From NCBI GenBank assembly GCA_040954595.2, contig CM082584.2:2511344-2575343 (forward strand): a stretch of DNA of 64,000 nucleotides, given 5' to 3'. Under the pieces are notes generated by a model. The model ran no database searches. It was given only the letters and a program-made list of their open reading frames with translations, and was not told the origin of the DNA. This DNA comes from Balanoglossus misakiensis (taxonomy: Eukaryota > Animalia > Hemichordata). Shown here piece by piece: positions 1-13,958 of this stretch. The position numbers and the translations under genes were made by a program. The stretch's first letter is position 1; each line of letters opens with the position of its first letter.

Positions 1-2250
1 GTATCTGCTGTACATTCCAAGGCATGGGATAGTAGATCAAAGGTCATTGCCAAAATTATCAAAAGATTTGGGTTTTGTCCTGGCAGCAGTAGTACTCATG
101 TGAACAAAATCATGACTGCTGTGCTTTTTAACAAAAGGCATATCCACATAAAAGAAGTTCTGGAATAACTGGATCAAAGGACAAGCGAGAGTCGCAAATA
201 AATTGTTTAAATCAAGTTCTGTAAAAACTTGATCAAAGAACATGTGAAAGTAGTCTAATAATTGTGATATATTCTGGTCATATGGTGACTCATATCCATA
301 AAAAGAATTTGTGTGGTTTCAATGAGCAGGCTAGAAATAGGAAATATTAGTCTTTTATCGGAGATCAGAAAATCCAATTTGGCTCAATAAGGTTTACCCA
401 ATCACAATTTACTTGAAAACTTGATTAGAAAAAGATTTGTGAAATTTTTCATGAGATTTTTCAAAAATCCAATATGGCAACCAAAGTGACATGACCACTA
501 ATGATATTGTTGTCAAACATTGAACCGCACAGTAAATTAGAACTTGATTTGCCTTGTAGTTGTTGAAAAGATGTCAATTTTTAAGGGTTATCAGAATATC
601 CAATATGGCCACCATTAAGAAGAAATGGGACAGGCCCAAGCGGTTAGCATGGTTCCAACAGAAAGCAAAGGCTGTTTTGTTGTGGATGCCAAGAAATGGT
701 AAAGTAAGCCAGAGGTCACGCAAAATTGTGACACAAATTTTTGATCTTAAACTGATCAGTGTCCAACAAAAACCAGACTTGTAAGCTCCATTTGTTTACT
801 TGAAATAGCTTATGTACAAAATTATTGTGTTAAAGTTTAATACTTCATTAGTTGTTTCAGTCCTCCAAATTTGAAGACTGTATCTGCTGTGCATGCCAAC
901 TTATGGAAAAGTAGATCAAAGGTCATTGCCATAATTAGCAAAATATTTTGGTTATTTCCTGGCAGCAGCAGTACTCATGTGAACAAAATCATGACTGTTG
1001 TGCTTTTTAACAAGAGGCATATCCACATAAAATAAGTTCTGGAATTACTGGATCAAAGGGCATATCCACATAAAATAATTTCTGGAATTACTGGATCAAA
1101 GGACATGCGAGAGTCGCAAACAAATTGTTTATTCAAGTTTTATTATTGTCATTGAACCGCACAGTAAATTAGAACTTGATTTGCCTTGTAGTTGTTTTAT
1201 AAGATGTCAATTTTTAAAGGTTATACGAAAATCCAATATGGCCGCCATGAAGAAGACAATTAAAACTAAAAGCAGCATTGGAGGGACCAAAGCGGTTAGC
1301 ATGGTTCCAACAGAAAGCAAAGGCTTTATCTGTTATGGATGCTGAGAAATGGTAAGTAAGCCAGAGGTCACGCAAATTTTGGCCAACAAATTTTGATATC
1401 AAACTGAGCTGTGTCCAACAGAAAACAGACTTCTAAGCTCTTTTGGTTCACTTGAAATAGCTTATGTACATAATTATTGTTTTAAAGTTTAATACTTCAT
1501 TAGGTGTTCCAGCCAAAAAAATTTGAAGACTGTATTTGCTGTTTATTCCAAGTAATGGGATAGTAGATCAAAGGTCATTGCCAAAATTATCAAAAGATTT
1601 GGGTTATGTCCTGGCAGCAAAGGTCATTGCCAAAATTATCAAAAGATTTGGGTTATGTCCTGGCAGCAGTCGTACTCATGTGAACAAAATTATGACTGTT
1701 GTGCTTTTTAACAAGAGGCATATCCACATAAAATAAGTTCTGGAATTACTGGATCAAAGGACATGCGAGAGTCGCAAACACATTGTTTAATCAAGTTCTG
1801 TAAAAACTTGATCAAAGAACATGTGAAAGTAGTCTAATAATTGTGATATATTCTGGTCATATGGTGACTCATATCCATAAAAAGAATTTGTGTGGTTTCA
1901 ATGAGCAGGCTAGAAATAGGAAATTTTAGTCTTTTATTGGAGATCAGAAAATCCAATTTGGCTTCAATAAGGTTTACCCAATCACAATTTACTTGAAAAC
2001 TTGATTAGAAATAGATTTTTGAAATTTTTTAATGATATTTTTTCAAAAATCCAAAGCCACATGACCACTAATGATATTATTGTCAAACATTGAACTGCAC
2101 AGTAAATTAGAACTTGATTGGCCCTGTAGTTTTTGAAAAACTTTTAAAGGTTATCCGAAAATCCAATATGGCCGCCATGAAGAAGACAATTAAAACATTT
2201 ACTAAAAGCAGCATTTGAGGGACCAAAGCGATTAACATGGTTCCAACATA
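1..2250. repeat. Degenerate tandem array, ~880-bp unit, about 3 copies (second copy internally deleted)
   Basis: GTATCTGCTG...GTAGATCAAAGGTCATTGCC recurs at ~1, ~880 and ~1532; blocks 220-560 and 1795-2120 are near-identical. Confidence 0.9.
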
Positions 2251-2424
2251 AAAATGCAAGATTCACAGAAGATTACTTCTTTCAGTTTTACAGGAGATCA
2301 TCTAAACTTGTAAAAAAATCTCTCTATTTTTTGCATGGCACCATGGTAAGATATGAAAATTTGCAATGTTTGATGTTCCGTGTCTCAATCATGTTTTATC
2401 TAATTTTCACGAAATTTCCAGATT

Positions 2425-2866
2425 ATATTGAACACCTATTGCCTGGCCATGAGGGCCATAGCGGCCGTTTATTACACCGGAGGGGTTGTGAGTTACCAGA
2501 ATCATATGCTATTTCCCGAGGCCGCAGGCCGTGGGAAATAGCGTATGATTCTGGTAACTCACAGCCACGTGGGGGTAAAAACGGCTGCTATGGCCCGGAT
2601 ATAGGCCAGGCTATAGGTGTTTTATAATAAACCTCATGCTGACAGTTTTGGAAAATCATGCAATTTTCTCTTGAGGTTGGCAGACGACATCTTCAGCGGT
2701 GGCCATTGTGTCAGACGCGACGCTGATTGACGTGACCACGTTTGTCATGTGACCGGTTTATATTTTTTCTGCTATTTCCCTAACGGTTCATAGTCGATTC
2801 TATTTTCCTATCACGTGACGGATTCTGGCGAATCACGGCACAGTATTAGCATGAGGTATATTATAA
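2425..2866. mobile_element. ~435-bp double-hairpin non-autonomous element (possibly Crypton-like)
   Basis: Palindrome ~2425-2627 centred on GGCCGCAGGCC, then a second inverted pair TATAATAAACCTCATGCT / AGCATGAGGTATATTATA; absent from the paralogous site at ~4270. Confidence 0.8.
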
Positions 2867-3494
2867 TACAATATATGTGCAGATACAGATAGTGACTTAA
2901 GTTTTTGATATCTGGATTATAATTTAAATTCCCAGGCGCTCAAATATGGTAAACCTAGCATTTTACTATTGCAAATGGGCAGCCATATTGGGTTGACATT
3001 TCATTAGATGGCAATATTTTTTTATACACTGCAATTTGCTGAAAATCAGTTCAATCACTGTAGTAAGTGGAAATATTTAAAGTCTTGTGTATTTTAGCAA
3101 TCATAAAGCTGATATTACTACCAAAAACATTTTATACAGTTACTTCTGAACAGCAAAAATTGCCATCATTCAAGTCAAAGTCTCAGATCGGCCCTTTTGC
3201 TTGCCTGTGTCGAGTGGATATCAAAAGTGGAGAAAGTTGGATAGTTTAATTTCTACATGTTACCTGTACTATCCTTGTAGACTATTAACATTAACAAGAA
3301 TTTCATATTAAATTTTGGTATGATATGCATGGAAAGACTGGCTGGCTATAAATCATGAAAATGGACGCCGTTGCACCATACAGTTTTTACTGCACACACA
3401 TGTATTTTAAGCACACTGTGTCTTTCATGTATTCCACTTTTCTCCCTTCCTTGCTGGCTTTCTCTGTTTCTTTTCTGACTGTGTCTTTATGAAA

Positions 3495-3722
3495 TTACTG
3501 ATTTTTTTTTGGTAATTCAATTTCTGGCTCAAATAAATGTACTAGAGCTGGTAAGGTTTCCTGAACATTAATCCCTGTATCTTTAACGCAGGTGTGCAAG
3601 TTCATATAAAGTTCATTGGTTAAAGGAATATTATGAGCTGATAAATTTACTAAGCTCTTCTTTCCAGTTAGAAGCTCTGCTATATTATCAACTACTCTCA
3701 ATGCTACTTCAATAATGTTGCC
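3495..3722 (-). other. Possible orphan coding exon (duplicated at 4908-5135)
   Basis: Acceptor-like TTGCACAG, then open frame GNIIEVALRVVDNIAELL...; family not recognised. Confidence 0.3.
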
Positions 3723-5859
3723 TGTGCAAATTGACAATCAAAATATCCATTAGTAAGACAACATATTTGGTTGGGTAATTACAGAATAATTACTTTAATT
3801 CCATGCATACTCTACCTAAACTCAAATTAGAATATATAACTGAAATTATAATTATAAACAGGTCTATGAAATGCTAAGAAAATGTAAAATCTAGGAAAGA
3901 ACACCCATGGGCATTCAGCTCTTAGCAGATAACATCAGTCACTTTGAAGACATGTCACTTCCCAGACTTTACTAAAAAAACTTCAAACTCTGAAGTGAAA
4001 CGCATCTCCAAAAAATCCAATATGGCAACCATGAAGAAGACAATTAAAGCAACATGCTGCATTGCAGGGGCCAAAGTGGTTTGCATGGTTCCAACATAAA
4101 AATGCAAGATTCACAGAAGATTACTTCTTTCAGTTTTACAGGAGATCATCTAAACTTGTAAAAAAAATCTCTCTATTTTTTGCATGGCACCATGGTAAAA
4201 TATGAAAATTTGCAATGTTTGATCTTCTGTGTCTCGATCATGTTTGATCTAATTTTCACGAAATTTTCAGATTATATTACAATATATGTGCAGATACAGA
4301 TAGTGACTTAAGTTTTTGATATCTGGATTATAATTTAAATTCCCAGGCGCTCAAATATGGTAAACCTAGCATTTTACCATTGCAAATAGGCGGCCTTAAT
4401 TGGGTTGACATTTCATTAGATGGCAATATTTGTTTATACACTGCAATTTGCTGAAAATCAGTTCAATCACTGTAGTAAGTGGAAATATTTAAATTCTGAT
4501 GTATTTTTAGCAATCATAAAGCTGATATTACTACCAAATAAATGCTATACAGTTACTTCTGGACAGCAAAAATTGCCATCATTCAAGTCATAGTCTCAGA
4601 TCGGCCCTTTTGCTTGCCTGTGTCGAGCGGATATCAAAAGTGGAGAAAGTTTGATAGTTTAATTTCAACATGTTACCTGTACTATCCTTGTAGACTATTA
4701 ACATTAACAAGAATTTCATATTAAATTTTGGTATGATATGCATGGAAAGACTGGCTGGCTATAAATCATGAAAATTGACGCCGTTGCACCATACAGTTTT
4801 TACTGCACACACACGTATTTTAAGCAAACTGTGTCGTTCATGTATTCCACTTTTCTCCCTTCCTTGCTGGCTTTCTCTGTTTCTTTTCTGACTGTGTCTT
4901 TATGAAATTACTGATTTTTTTTTGGTAATTCAATTTCTGGCTCAAATAAATGTACTAGAGCTGGTAAGGTTTCCTGAACATTAATCCCTGTATCTTTAAC
5001 GCAGGTGTGCAAGTTCATATAAAGTTCATTGGTTAAAGGAATATTATGAGCTGATAAATTTACTAAGCTCTTCTTTCCAGTTAGAAGCTCTGCTATATTA
5101 TCAACTACTCTTAATGCTACTTCAATAATGTTGCCTGTGCAAATTGACAATCAAAATATCCATTAGTTAGACAACATATTTGGTTGGGTAATTACAGAAT
5201 AATTACTTTAATTCCATGCATACCCTTCCTAAACTCAAATTAGAATATATAACTGAAATTATAATTATACACAGGTCTATGAAATGCTAAGAAAATGTAA
5301 AATCTAGGAAAGAACACCCATGGGCATTCAGCTCTTAGCAGATAACATCAATCACTTTGAAGACATGTCACTTCCCAGACTTTACTAAAAAATACTTCCA
5401 ACTCTGAAGTAAAACGCATCTCCAAGTTGCATACACAATACTATAATATACTGTTAGAGATTTATAATGTTTTAAGTGAAAAAAATACAGAGATGTAAAT
5501 ACCCCTGCCATTTATTCAGTGACATGTAATGCTGCCATTATGCACTGATTGACTCTAGCCACTTTCCCAGTAGGAGGAAAAAGACCATATGCCGACTTCA
5601 GCATAAAAATCTCAGTTTACTCTGGCTAATTATATTGGAGTTCTTATCAGTGTTTCGGGACGCTTAGATGATAATCGTTGAAATGGACAACACCAACATA
5701 TGACGTTAACAAGCGGGAAGAAACAAAAGTTACTCAGTTTTTGGCATTTTATTTTTATTTGCAAGACCGAGAAATTAAAATATGACAAGTTTAGAAATCA
5801 ATCAGATTATACAGCATGTCCCACTTTGAATGGTGGCCATATTGGATTCTGAACTCCCT

Positions 5860-6370
5860 AGTAATATAAACATATAGTGTACTTAGTGAGTCTCAGTATA
5901 GGGTAATCAACACAATCAGACAAAACTTGGGTTACCCATTGGAATATTCCTATCAAATTTCAAAGCAATCCCATATGCAGTTTCAGAAAAATCAGTATTT
6001 TCTCCAAAATTGTATAATATCTTACTTCAATCGCTTCAGGGAACATGCCTACCAAAGCTCAAGGCGATCTGACATGCAGTTTGAAAGAAAATAATTTTTG
6101 ATGAAAAATTCCACAACTTTCACACAAAACGCAAATATGTAAATTTCAAGTATTTTTTTTAAACATCTCATTTAATTATCCCCAAGGAACAAGCCTACCA
6201 AATTTGAAAGCAATCTCACAAGCGGTTTTAGAGGAAACAATTTTTGACCAAAAATGGCAAAAATTGCTACAAAATTATAAATATGCACATTTTTCATCAA
6301 CCAGGTTTTCATCAACTGGGACCACACATACAAAAGTATGCTTCCAAGCAACACGACTCTAGGAGAAAAA
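5860..6370. repeat. Interspersed repeat with internal ~130-bp tandem units (related copies ~9430-10030 and ~45250-45960)
   Basis: Recurrent CAAATTTCAAAGCAATC and TTTTGACCAAAAATGGCAAAA motifs in all three blocks. Confidence 0.7.
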
Positions 6371-9300
6371 ATCCTTGTCGCCCTGGTCAAAAAATTGGCT
6401 TATACTAAAACATCAAATCGGTTATCTCTCAAAGCTAAAAGGGTTATCACCAAACAGATTACAATGCCTAAGTTAAAATGTTTAAGACATTTTCTTTAGT
6501 TGTGGTTTTGGTTTTATCGGTTTTCCCAATAAAAATTAGGATAATTTTTTAAGTATGCCAACGGAGAGGTGGAAATCTCACCAGAAAAGCGAAAATACAC
6601 CAACCACGTTTAAACCGTAAAATTAAAAAAAAAACACCTGCAAACACCGAGGTGACTCATATAAAAACCTCAAAGAACGTATGGAATTATGTATGGAAAA
6701 ATACCGTGGTTTCCTGACCTTCCGCTAAACAAAGACTATACGTATGGAACTATCGTTCCGTCCACCAGCAAAGAGACTTTCCAGAGAAAAACGTTCTACC
6801 CGTACCTTATGTCGCCATAGTGACGTGCCATTTTGCCACAACCGTTCGACAGTATGGTCGACTATTTTGACACTAAACATCCTGCAGCGCTGCCATCCTT
6901 TTCAATCTCACAAACTGGCCCTACGTGCGCTTAGGCAAGAGGCCTAGCAATAAAATTCTCACAAAATATAACCCTATAAATATGACTAGACTTTCTCGAT
7001 TATGACTTCCTGGTCTCCTGATTCGGGAGCCAGCGCAGCCATACCCAGAATAGCCGAGAGGCTAGCTGCACGCCCGTAGCTCGGAATTGTTTCTGGAATT
7101 AAACCTACTTCTGTTCAACTACAAGGTGTTGTACGGATAGCTGCAAGTCACCCAATACCAGACAAAACAATCGAGTGACGGTAACATAGCTAAATAGGCT
7201 ATTGTACTAAAAGCAATGATTCGATTATGAGCCTACCGAAAAGACGTCTTGATCCCGCGGCAAGTAGAAGGAAAGTGGTCGAAACCCGGCGTCGCACACC
7301 GGAAACGGATCAATGATCACCTGTTGTTATGGTGAGTAGAACGTGTTACCCAATCACAGACCAAAGTTAGCATTACGACACACTAATGAATATGCATACA
7401 TGCTACAGCTGCATATTTTATTTCTTTAGAACGCTCTGGAACATGCTCGCATTCGAAAGAATATCTCATTTGCTTTTTGAGTGTGAGTGCCTCATTGTCT
7501 ACACAATAAAATCGGGGGGGGGGGGGGCACAGTGGGTAATTTCTACCACAGCCACGCATTTCAAACCAGGCAAGCGAACTGCAAACTTCCGATGTCTGAG
7601 CAACGGGTTTGATGTGCCTTGTGTTGTGAACACTTATTCGACTTCGAGGAAACAGAGCTATAATACTTCCTAATGTGTTTCTCTTTCTGTGTCATTTTGG
7701 TCAGTCAGACCACGATACCCGAGATCGTAAACTGCTTGGGTTAGGTCGCTTAGGAGGCTGCAACTGCGGCCACAGGTCATGTCGGTGTGTGTTGTAAACA
7801 AACATGGTAAATGCCTCCCGCACAGCAACACGCTCGCTCTACCAGCAGTCACTGTGCTCTACCGTACTGTCGATCGTTTCCATGTCAGTTTCACGTTGGC
7901 TCGTTATAATGTCCCTATGCTTATCGTAATCTCGGGATCGTAATTATTATTTTATTATTATTATGATTATTATTTATCTTTATTTCAGACACAACCGTCC
8001 ATAGAAATAGGTTACAAAAACTGACAAAAACACTAGAAAAGTAATAAATAAAATAAATGTAAAAAATATAATAGTTTTAAGAATCAATGTAAAATGTCAA
8101 TCCAGTGGGTATGTAGTCCATAAAAGCGCATATCTCATGAGACAAGACGATTGATCAAAACATTGGGACTAGTACAGAGACGAACAGAAAAATTAAAAGC
8201 GACTTTTCTTCTCATGACGGAGAAGCAGTTTACGGCGTTTAGAACAAATATTTTAGAGGCACTTTCGTGTCCGGGTGACCAAGAAGTCTTCGAAGTGCAT
8301 TGTTGTGACATACGATGATATTCCGGATATTATAATCGCACCATAAATGAAAGTCATAAATGTTATTACAAAAAGCATTAAATAAACGCAATTTCACATC
8401 GACAGAACACGAATTGAACTTTCTCAGGAGAAAATTAGGCCTAGCCCTTCCACATGTTATGTATTCGTGTTATGATAGTCCCACTGATCTGACAACACGC
8501 TCGCTTTTATTGTGGCCTTTTGTCCCGTTCGCCAGCACTGTGTATAGGCCTGCGTTTTCCGTTAACAGACTATCCCGTTCGCCAACTTTACTGAACTGCA
8601 AATTGAAGAATCGGTTTGCAGCTAGGACGAAACGGCCGGGGTCGCGTACATTAAAGGCCGAACCAATAAGAATAAGTGCCGTAACGACTTGTTACCGACT
8701 GGGACGGCTACGAGCCAAGAGCATATTGCAGCTCAGTGTGGCAGGGCCGGTGGTGTGTCTTACGGGCGATGTCTCCACACACTGTACTGCTCTGTTTGAT
8801 AAGAGTGTCCAAGCTTCGGACCACGGTCATGTTCGGACTTATGTCTTAACTTTGCTTTGTAAACACATTACCAACGTACAACCCCTCCATGTTTGCAGAG
8901 AAATTAGATGAAGTCACATGGCGGAGTTCTCATCCTATCGGGATGCGTTTATCTCGGAATCGGCTGCTTTTCCATCGTCGAGTTTGATTTCATGTCCGAT
9001 TCATAGTCGAGTTTTATGATGATCCCTGATTGATATATATTTTTTTCGGGCGCGCCGGGGGGGGGGGGGGGGTTCCATGGGATTGATAATTCGAGGCAGG
9101 AGAAGAAATATGTCGACAGCGCAAATTGCCATTTTCTCGCTTTGTTTCGTCGATTTTGACAACTTCGCTCTGCATTGGTCGAGTGGTCTTAAATTTTACC
9201 CATCTAACAAAACAACTTTGTAGTCTATAAAGTGCTCCCAGCTGGAATAAACGTCGATTCAATTCGATTCATCATGAATTTGATCAAATTTTCTAAAAAA

Positions 9301-12300
9301 CTCACTTGCGGGCGCTGCTCTCAATGAAAGCAGGTAACGTAACACAAACTGGTCGTTTTTTCATACTTGTGCTATATTAAAGTAGGAAGCGTGGCCAACG
9401 TTTGGACTTAATTTGTTGTTATTGACCTAATACCACACGAGCTGATATGACCTAATTTCAAAAAACTGTCCCAAAACTGCCAAACTCAAATATTCAAACA
9501 TCACCATAATTGTACAATATCTTACAGCAATCAGTATAAGGAACATGCTTACCGAAGTTCAAAGCAATCTAACAAGTGGTTTCAAGGACAAAAACTTCTG
9601 ACGAAAAATTGCAACAGTTAGGCCCTACCTCAAGAACATAAATATGCACATTTCAGCAAAAATTTAACACAACTCACAATTGCTTAACCCTGAAAACATG
9701 CCTACCAATTTTCAAAGCAATCTGACAAGCGATTTCCGAGAAAACGAATTTTGACCAAAAATTGCAAAATTTGGCCCATAATTACAAATACGCAAACTTA
9801 GCAACAATTTGAAAAAAAAAACAAAGATCACCTATAGGAAGCTTTATAATTATACTGAATTTTTTTTAGAGAAATCGACCAATCACTTTCATAGAAGATG
9901 TGGAAAAAATGACAAAAGTCATAAAAAGTAGAAAATTCACGATATAAGGTCAAAACTTATAGAGCTCTGTGATGTTGGCAGAAGATATATGCATACCAAT
10001 TTTCAAAGAAATCTGACCAGTAGTTTTCAGCTAATGTGTCCGAGATCAGACAAAAACAGAGAACAGAACAGCCAAAGTGAGAGAACAGAATAGCCAAAAC
10101 TATCACCAGCGCTTAACTCCACATCTGAAAGCAAACCATTTGTTAGAGCGATATTCAGGTCCTAAGAAAACCCAAACTTCAATCAGACAGAACATACTGG
10201 TAATCACAATTGCCTTCTGATTGGAATCTGTGCAGGAAAAGCAACAACAAATACTGATCCTCACCTGAAATCAAAGAGACAGACAAAAGCACTCATTTTA
10301 TCAGAATATTTATTTTAAGTATGCAAAAATCCTAACATGATATATCTGTCTACTTATTTATCATGATAGGAAAATTGTTGGAATAAAAATATCAAAGATA
10401 TTCCTTCCTAATGCTGCATATAATATTTACATACTCTGGCAGTCTTGTAAATACAATGAAATGTTAGTCAAAAGCTCTTCTTAAGAACTGAGTAATTCTC
10501 AGTACAAAAAGCAATATGTGGAAAATACCAACTTAGCATCTTATGCAAAATCAACAAAATTGAGGAATGGTGTCCCCCCCTCCCCTTCAGCACTATACAT
10601 GATTCAACAGCCTCAGAGGGTCATTCTTCACACACACATAAAATGAATGGCTGATTACATGAAATATTTTCGAAAGTCAGTAAGTGGTCATGAAAGGCTC
10701 TTGTTTTTGTTAAAATAAAAAAATGTTAGGAAATTCAAGAAAAGTAAATGTATGTGAATATTGATATTAAAAACATGTGATTTTAATTGTTTGGCTACTA
10801 TGGTCACTGGATAGAAGAGATTAGGACTCGTTAATGACTTTATTTGCATTTGAATAGTGAACTTTCCTTTTGACGTTGAACCCCCTAGCTGGACGAGAAA
10901 ATGATCTAAATGTATCATGAACGTTTATTTTGTTGATACCATTCATTAATTTACCTTTTTAGGCATATATAAATGCATTATATCTCGATTGTAATTTGAG
11001 TGCATTTCGAGTCTATTAAAGTAGTTTTCGTCGTACGAGGTCTCCTTCACTCCAGTCACTTCCTTATAACAGACTATATTTCTTCACATGCATCTAATAG
11101 TTTGATTCTAACATACTTGTCACGGGTGTCGTCGTTCACCACAAAACACACCAACATGGTTTAAAGGTTTCACAAGACATAGGCCTATAACATTTCTTAA
11201 CTGAAATTGAACAGGGACATCATCAGTTCATATGTGTGGCCGGTCTGGCTACACAGGTGAACTGCTAAATTACGCACATGTATGGGAGTTCACCTACAGC
11301 AGAATACACAAAAATTCATGCAAGTGAAAAATACAGAAGTACAATTGAAGACTTGACGCAAGTTCAGACACCAATTACTTGTGCTAAAATGAGCCAGTAG
11401 AATGCACCTATATAAAAATGCTTCAAGCTACAGGTAAAGTACAAGGAAAACTAACCTGAAATTGAACATAGACATCTTCAGTTCATACATGTGGCCGGTC
11501 TGGATACAGAGGTGAACTGACTAAGTATATGCATGGTGTCCTTTTATATCAGCAATCTACACTATGGTGGCGCATTACCTTGAGTTCATTAGTCAAATGA
11601 AACATCCTGGTGGTTTGCATATAATTGAGATCATCAAATAGACTGTAAGTTCTATCATTACTAGAAAGGTGTTCTCATGAATAAATGATTAAATGATGAC
11701 TGCAAAGAATACAGGTGTTACATACATACATATATTACATATATATTCAAGTGAACGAATGGTTCGGTCCAAATCCATTGTTTCCTGCTGGAAAGTTGGA
11801 TGTCTACACAGGGAATTGGGTGAAAGGTGAGAGTGCTAAGAAAAAAGGCTGATGGTAATTTTCCATTTTTATCTAAATTGAATACATGTGTGGGCTTAAT
11901 CTTTCCCAATAATGCTGACACACAAAAAGTTCATTGTTTTACCAAACTTTCCTTGAGAGTCGAATGAAGGCACTTGATATTAGCACAGAGACTGATTTTT
12001 TCCACACACCACTTTTCTCTTTTCATAGAGCTCCATTCAAATTTTGTACACAACAATGTAATAACATTGTCACTACCCAAGCCTAACTTTCAAATTACAA
12101 TGTGACATTTCAAAACACTGTTAGACTCCCCAATGAACCATTAACTCTGGATCAGCATCCCTTCAAATTAGTGATAGCCCTGGGGTGAGTTTCGTTAATT
12201 TTGTTATAATGGTGTTATTTAATTGTTTGGCTGTAACACAAATTACTACATGGAAGTATAAACATGTTATGTCCACACATATGCTGTAGGTTCAGCTTCA

Positions 12301-12848
12301 ATTCAATTTTCAGCAATCAGATCATAACAAATTATTCCAAAAAAAATGAACATCAAGAGCTGGTGACTTTGTGGCTTTCACATGATAAATATAAACGTGT
12401 GAACATTGCCCCATGCTAGAGTGTGATATTAACACGTCTCAAACAACCTACAATTCTCTGTATATAATGAAACACATTCATTATAGCTGGATTAGTTGGT
12501 TCACAGGTAATCTGTAACCAGATAGGCTGACCTGAGCAATCCATGTTTTTGCAAGTGTTTTATTGTCACTGTCATAGTGTGACTTCTTTGGTGTAATGCT
12601 CCACTGAACACAAGAGTATTAAAATTGGACAGATAAATGACCAATAACACAAAGTCTGTGATTGGGTAATACAAATGATAAGTACACAACTGGAAGATCT
12701 GTCACTCAAAGTTTTGTCTATTGCTCTTTTCCCTGAGGGAGAAATAGAGAGCAATTTTAGAGATACGTTCTTCAGTTTAATGATCAGGCATTAATGAAAT
12801 ATTAGTCTAGTATATAGCTGTATTTTGTCAGCTTTGCTTCCAAAAACT

Positions 12849-13136
12849 ATGCATGCCACTGCCCCAATAAAGCACGATACCCCTTGCTGGGAATTGTGAT
12901 GTAATTAATATCACTTTGAAGTCAATCACAGACTTTTTTTTCCATTGATTGGTCAAAGGATACATGTGTTGTTAAGGATGAGTACCATTTTGACTTTAGA
13001 TTAGCCTTGCCTTCACTGTATCTTTACACACAATCACCATTGATCAGTTTATGTGCGTGACTTCGAGGGGGATGCTAGTTACATCACAATTCCCAGCAAG
13101 GGCTATCAGGTTTTATTGGGCCAGTGGCATGCATGA
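12849..13136. mobile_element. MITE with ~55-bp imperfect TIRs
   Basis: ATGCATGCCACTG...CCCTTGCTGGGAATTGTGATGTAA is mirrored by TTACATCACAATTCCCAGCAAGGG...CAGTGGCATGCAT. Confidence 0.75.
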
Positions 13137-13177
13137 CTCTAAATGTTCGTTTTGGAAGCAGAAAAAATGGGTATATA

Positions 13178-13385
13178 CTGTAAAACATGAAATTTTCCCA
13201 ACAGGAAATTTTCGCAATATCAAAAGTGGCGACTGTTATGTAATGATTAATTTTCGCATTCTCGAATTTCAATTCATCATTATTTCAGAAAAACATTTTT
13301 TTTGCGACTTTTTAGTTTTCAGGTTATTTTGGCTCTTGCATGATTCATGCAAATTTATCGCTCGTGAAAATTTCCTGTTTTACAG
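13178..13385. mobile_element. Tc1/mariner-type MITE (related copies ~15572 and ~42522)
   Basis: TA|CTGTAAAACATGAAATTTTC ... GAAAATTTCCTGTTTTACAG|TA: TIRs with TA TSD. Confidence 0.85.
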
Positions 13386-13673
13386 TACATCCTAAGTATC
13401 TTTTTTTCACACCAGAAGACAATGCATAGTTGCTTTGTGTATGGCAGACTTTGTATTACGATAGACACTGACAACCAGTTACATCTGTCTCGCATACAAA
13501 TATGGTCATATTGAAATAAGGTATTACGATGGAAACAAAGTAAAGCTAATGCAAGAATTAGTACAGAACAAGTCTATTCTGTTACTACACTGGAATAACC
13601 ATTCTGTGTTATTTGATCTGTTTAATTAAAGTCTACAGTCTCGTGTTCATTATAGTCAGTTTCCTGTATGAAT

Positions 13674-13958
13674 TTATTGATTCAGAATATCAAAAAGACT
13701 CATGTCATCAGCCAGCAGACTACTACTTGATTGTTGCTGTGTTTGTTGCATGCTGGGTGCCAAGCCCATCTGAGGTACCTGTGGTCGCGGCCGTGGCTGT
13801 TGTCCTAGTAACAGCTGTTGTTGTTGTTGTGATTGCTGTTGTTGTAAGAACTGCTGTTGTTGTTGCCATGTTTGTTGTGTTGCTGCTGGTTGTTGTTGTT
13901 GTGGTGGTGGTGGTGGAATGGTTGCTTGTGTACCGCTAGCTTGTTGTTTTTGTTGTTG
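13674..13958 (-). pseudogene. MED25: MED25-like terminal exon (Gln/Pro-rich C-terminus)
   Basis: Acceptor TTCAACAG, then open 95-codon frame ending LLLGQQPRPRPQVPQMGLAPSM...LLADDMSLFDILNQ*. It resembles the MED25 C-terminus as I recall it ([30 protein letters not shown]). Same strand as the clear MED25 VWA exons. Confidence 0.65.

Larger units (their letters stand above)
2160..5424. repeat. Recent tandem segmental duplication (copy 1 ~2160-4010, copy 2 ~4015-5424)
   Basis: Offset is 1848 bp before and 1413 bp after an insertion found only in copy 1; the 80-aa ORFs at 3495-3737 and 4908-5150 are identical. Confidence 0.95.

Noticed and set aside
8360-8911. 183-aa plus-strand ORF
   Set aside because: No recognisable motif or splice context; likely a chance ORF in a GC-richer block.
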